From: Deltaproteobacteria bacterium
Lineage (GTDB): Bacteria; Desulfobacterota; GWC2-55-46; JAJCZF01
DNA length: 64,000 nt
Assembly (NCBI GenBank): GCA_029262535.1
Contig: JAJCZF010000074.1
Coordinates: 8,395-72,394, forward strand
Direction of reading: 5' to 3'
Below the pieces are notes generated by a model. It saw only the letters and a list, made by a program, of their open reading frames with translations, had not been told where the DNA came from and made no database searches. Both the position numbers and the translations under genes were made by a program. This document shows, one piece after another, positions 61,757 through 64,000 of this stretch. Positions within the stretch are counted from its first letter, which is position 1. Every line of letters begins with the position of its first letter.

Positions 61757-62279
61757 GGCTTTCTACTCCTTATAGAATGGCAAAGTTAAGAGCAAACCTT
61801 TAGCGCGTACGATAAACTTGCGTCACCTAGAAACTCTATCCGCGAAATAGGAGCACACCTGTGTGCCTTTTCCAGTGCAAGATTTATTCCTTCTTAATTA
61901 CTGACGCGTTACTACAAAAGCTGACGCTTCTACGGACTCTATTCGCGAAATAGGAGCACACCTGTGTGCCTTTTCCAGTGCAAGGCTTATTACTCCTTAA
62001 TTGTTGACGCGTTACTATAACACTTGACGCTTCTATGGACTCTATCCGCGAAATAAGAGCACACCTGTGTGCCTTTTCCAGTGCAAGGCTTATTACTCCT
62101 TAATTGTTGACGCGTTACTATAAAACCTGACGCTGCTATGGACTCTATTCGCGAAATAAGAGCACACCTGTGTGCCTTTTCCAGTGCAAGGCTTATTACC
62201 TCTTAATTACTGACGCGTTACTACAAGAGCTGATGCTTCTACGGATTCTATCCGCGAAATAAGAGCACACCTGTGTGCC
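61744..62279 (-). repeat. Tandem array: one 124-bp unit plus four 103-bp units, each with the palindromic motif, a Shine-Dalgarno and TTGCACTGGAAAAG
   Basis: The unit anchor ttttccagtgcaa occurs at 61744, 61868, 61971, 62074 and 62177. The palindrome gcacacctgtgtgc occurs at 61853, 61956, 62059, 62162 and 62265. Confidence 0.9.
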
Positions 62280-62287
62280 CTGTGTGC

Positions 62288-64000
62288 TTACTCTTTGGTC
62301 TTTAGTACTTCTACGAGGTCCAGGTGGTCGAGCTTTTCTCTTACTATTATACCGGATATTACGGCGGCTATGAGTACGACCAGCGCTGAGAGCGCGTATG
62401 TATCGGACTCTATTACCAGCGGTATCCGGTAGAGTTCGGTCTGCATAGAGTCGATTATATATTTCGCAAGTCCGCGCCCTATGATAAAGCCCAGCGGTAT
62501 TGCGAGAAGGGTCAGTATCGCAAGCTCTCCGAGCAGGATATACGATACCTCGCCTCGTGTGTAACCGAGCACCCGGAGGCTTCCAAGTTCACGTTGGCGT
62601 TCGGCCAGAGCGATCCTCGCGCTATTATATACTACGCCGAAGGCGATAATGGTCGCAAGGGAAATTATAAAAAATATAAAGATATAGATTTGTTCCGCCA
62701 TTGCATTGTTAAAGTTCTGCAGGGCGTCTTCGCGCGCAAGGCTGCCGGCTACGCGAGGCATATCCTTGAGGCGTGAATATATATCGGCCCTGTAGGTTGG
62801 GTCGAAGGTAAGGCGTACGCCGCTTATGGCCGAGCCTTCACGCATGAACCTAGCGAGCGCGTCTATCTCCATATAGGCCGAGACACCGACGAACTGTTTT
62901 ACCAGGGCCGCGACCTGCGCCTCTTTTATTGGGCGTTCGCCTTCAAGCACTTCTATCGTAAGCCTGTCGCCAGGCCGGACACCGAGCAGCTTTCCGAGAT
63001 GTTCGGTTAGGACTATGCCTTCCGGCGGCAGTTCGATCTTCTTTAAGTCTTGGTCGAGCAAGGTGCTGAGCCTGTTTTCGTTGCTCGTACCCTCAAGCGT
63101 CGTCCGGTAGCTCTTGTGTCCGTTTACGAGCTTTACCGGCACGGAGCGGAAGGGCTCGGCGTGAAAAACGCCTTCGAGCGACTTAAGTTCATTTAGCGCG
63201 CTTCCTGAAGTTGGCTCGATAAAAGATACTATGAGGTCGTCGTGCCTTGAGATATTAAACTCTACGTCGATCATATAGTCTATCGCGTCGCCAAAACATG
63301 TGCCCATCACCATTATAGCGCAGCCGAAGGCTATGCCGACGACGGTCATGAGGCTCTTTACGGGCCTCCTCTCCAGATGGCGAAGAATCATTCGTCCGGG
63401 TTGGCTTATGAAGCTCTGGAGGCCTAAGCGCTCGATGAATGTGGCGCGGTAGCTTACCGGCGGCTCCGGTCTCATGGCTACGGCTGGGCTTAGTTTTACC
63501 GCCCTTCGCACAGCCAGGAGCGTGCCCGATATCGCGGCAAGAAGGCTGATAAGGCACGATATGATGACGACCGAGGGCCTTAAGACGTAATTAAGATAGG
63601 GGAATCGATAGAACTCCATATAGAGGTTCGATAGATTCTCACCGAGCCAGACCCCGGCGTATATTCCGATAGCGAGCCCTATCGCGCTAATGATGAGCAC
63701 GAGTTTGAAGTAGAGATAACCGACTTCGAGGTTGTCGTAACCAAAGGCTTTCAGGATGGCAATCTGTTCGCGTTCGGTCGATATCATACGGGTCATAACG
63801 ACATTTAAGAGAAAGGCCGCCACGCCGAGAAAGATGACCGGATATACGGTGGCCATCTTCTGTAGTCCTTTAAGTTCTTCGGTAAGGTAACGGTGAGAGA
63901 GCTGGTACTCGCGTCCGTAGCCCCCTCTGGAGCCGTAGGGTTCGAGGATGAGGTCGAGCCTTTCGAGCACCTCCTCTTCGGAGCGTTCGCCGGAGAGAGA
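62288..64000 (-). CDS. FtsX/MacB-type ABC transporter permease (double-FtsX large form), 5' end outside the window
   Basis: Two FtsX-like 4-TM modules with a periplasmic domain between them (REQIAILKAFGY and RQRELGSLRVLGY linkers). The reading frame stays open to nt 64000. Confidence 0.8.
   Translation of the reverse strand, partial: SLSGERSEEEVLERLDLILEPYGSRGGYGREYQLSHRYLTEELKGLQKMATVYPVIFLGVAAFLLNVVMTRMISTEREQIAILKAFGYDNLEVGYLYFKLVLIISAIGLAIGIYAGVWLGENLSNLYMEFYRFPYLNYVLRPSVVIISCLISLLAAISGTLLAVRRAVKLSPAVAMRPEPPVSYRATFIERLGLQSFISQPGRMILRHLERRPVKSLMTVVGIAFGCAIMVMGTCFGDAIDYMIDVEFNISRHDDLIVSFIEPTSGSALNELKSLEGVFHAEPFRSVPVKLVNGHKSYRTTLEGTSNENRLSTLLDQDLKKIELPPEGIVLTEHLGKLLGVRPGDRLTIEVLEGERPIKEAQVAALVKQFVGVSAYMEIDALARFMREGSAISGVRLTFDPTYRADIYSRLKDMPRVAGSLAREDALQNFNNAMAEQIYIFIFFIISLATIIAFGVVYNSARIALAERQRELGSLRVLGYTRGEVSYILLGELAILTLLAIPLGFIIGRGLAKYIIDSMQTELYRIPLVIESDTYALSALVVLIAAVISGIIVREKLDHLDLVEVLKTKE

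Noticed and set aside
61744-62279. The possibility that the regular ~103-bp periodic array is a CRISPR locus.
   Set aside because: The whole 103-bp unit is repeated, so there are no unique spacers. There are no cas genes, and the units contain the RBS and start of the adjacent gene. It is a tandem duplication.
60563-64000. HlyD-family and ABC genes acting as a type I secretion system for the giant protein.
   Set aside because: The permease is the FtsX/MacB type, not a T1SS ABC exporter. The giant protein has an N-terminal Sec signal and no RTX or C-terminal T1SS-like signal. The genes are convergent and separated by a strong terminator. A functional link is not excluded, but the sequence does not support one.

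Overview
This 64-kb window comes from a G+C-rich diderm (Gram-negative-type) bacterium; I cannot assign a phylum by eye. I support about 40 CDS and saw no rRNA, tRNA or CRISPR array. The left third holds housekeeping genes (mnmA, mtaB, rnc, radical-SAM proteins, pirin, DJ-1, PEBP, citrate synthase, M23 peptidase, rhodanese, ogt). It also holds a minus-strand signalling operon (REC-HD-GYP, REC, sensor kinase with a CxxCH heme-c motif, porin, PBP-like protein), DedA plus a flavoprotein disulfide reductase, and a REPtron (RayT transposase flanked by GGTGGGC-NNN-GCCCACC REPs) carrying an AT-rich nuclease-fold ORF. A B12-radical-SAM fusion gene and RNase G follow. The middle is a ~12-kb unidirectional Wsp-like chemosensory cluster, opened by a REC-HD-GYP phosphodiesterase and closed by a PAS-GGDEF cyclase. 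The stand-out locus lies directly downstream on the same strand. A TPR + beta-barrel outer-membrane protein is followed by one uninterrupted 20,976-nt ORF (6,991 aa). That protein has a Sec signal peptide, a FecR-like domain, an acidic linker and an Ig-like domain. It then has ~6,200 aa of long degenerate G/T/D/Y/W-rich repeats that I cannot assign to any known repeat family, and a distinct C-terminal domain. Past a strong bidirectional terminator sit convergent MacA/MacB-like efflux genes. They are separated by a 5-unit tandem array that re-copies the RBS, start codon and first five codons of the adaptor gene. A ~35-nt palindrome-containing motif (CACACAGGTGTGCT..TATTTCGCGG) marks three gene 3' ends around this locus. 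Other oddities are an AT-rich island with a possible split PIN-like ORF, a ~150-nt non-coding element present twice, and a DUF3179 gene remnant.
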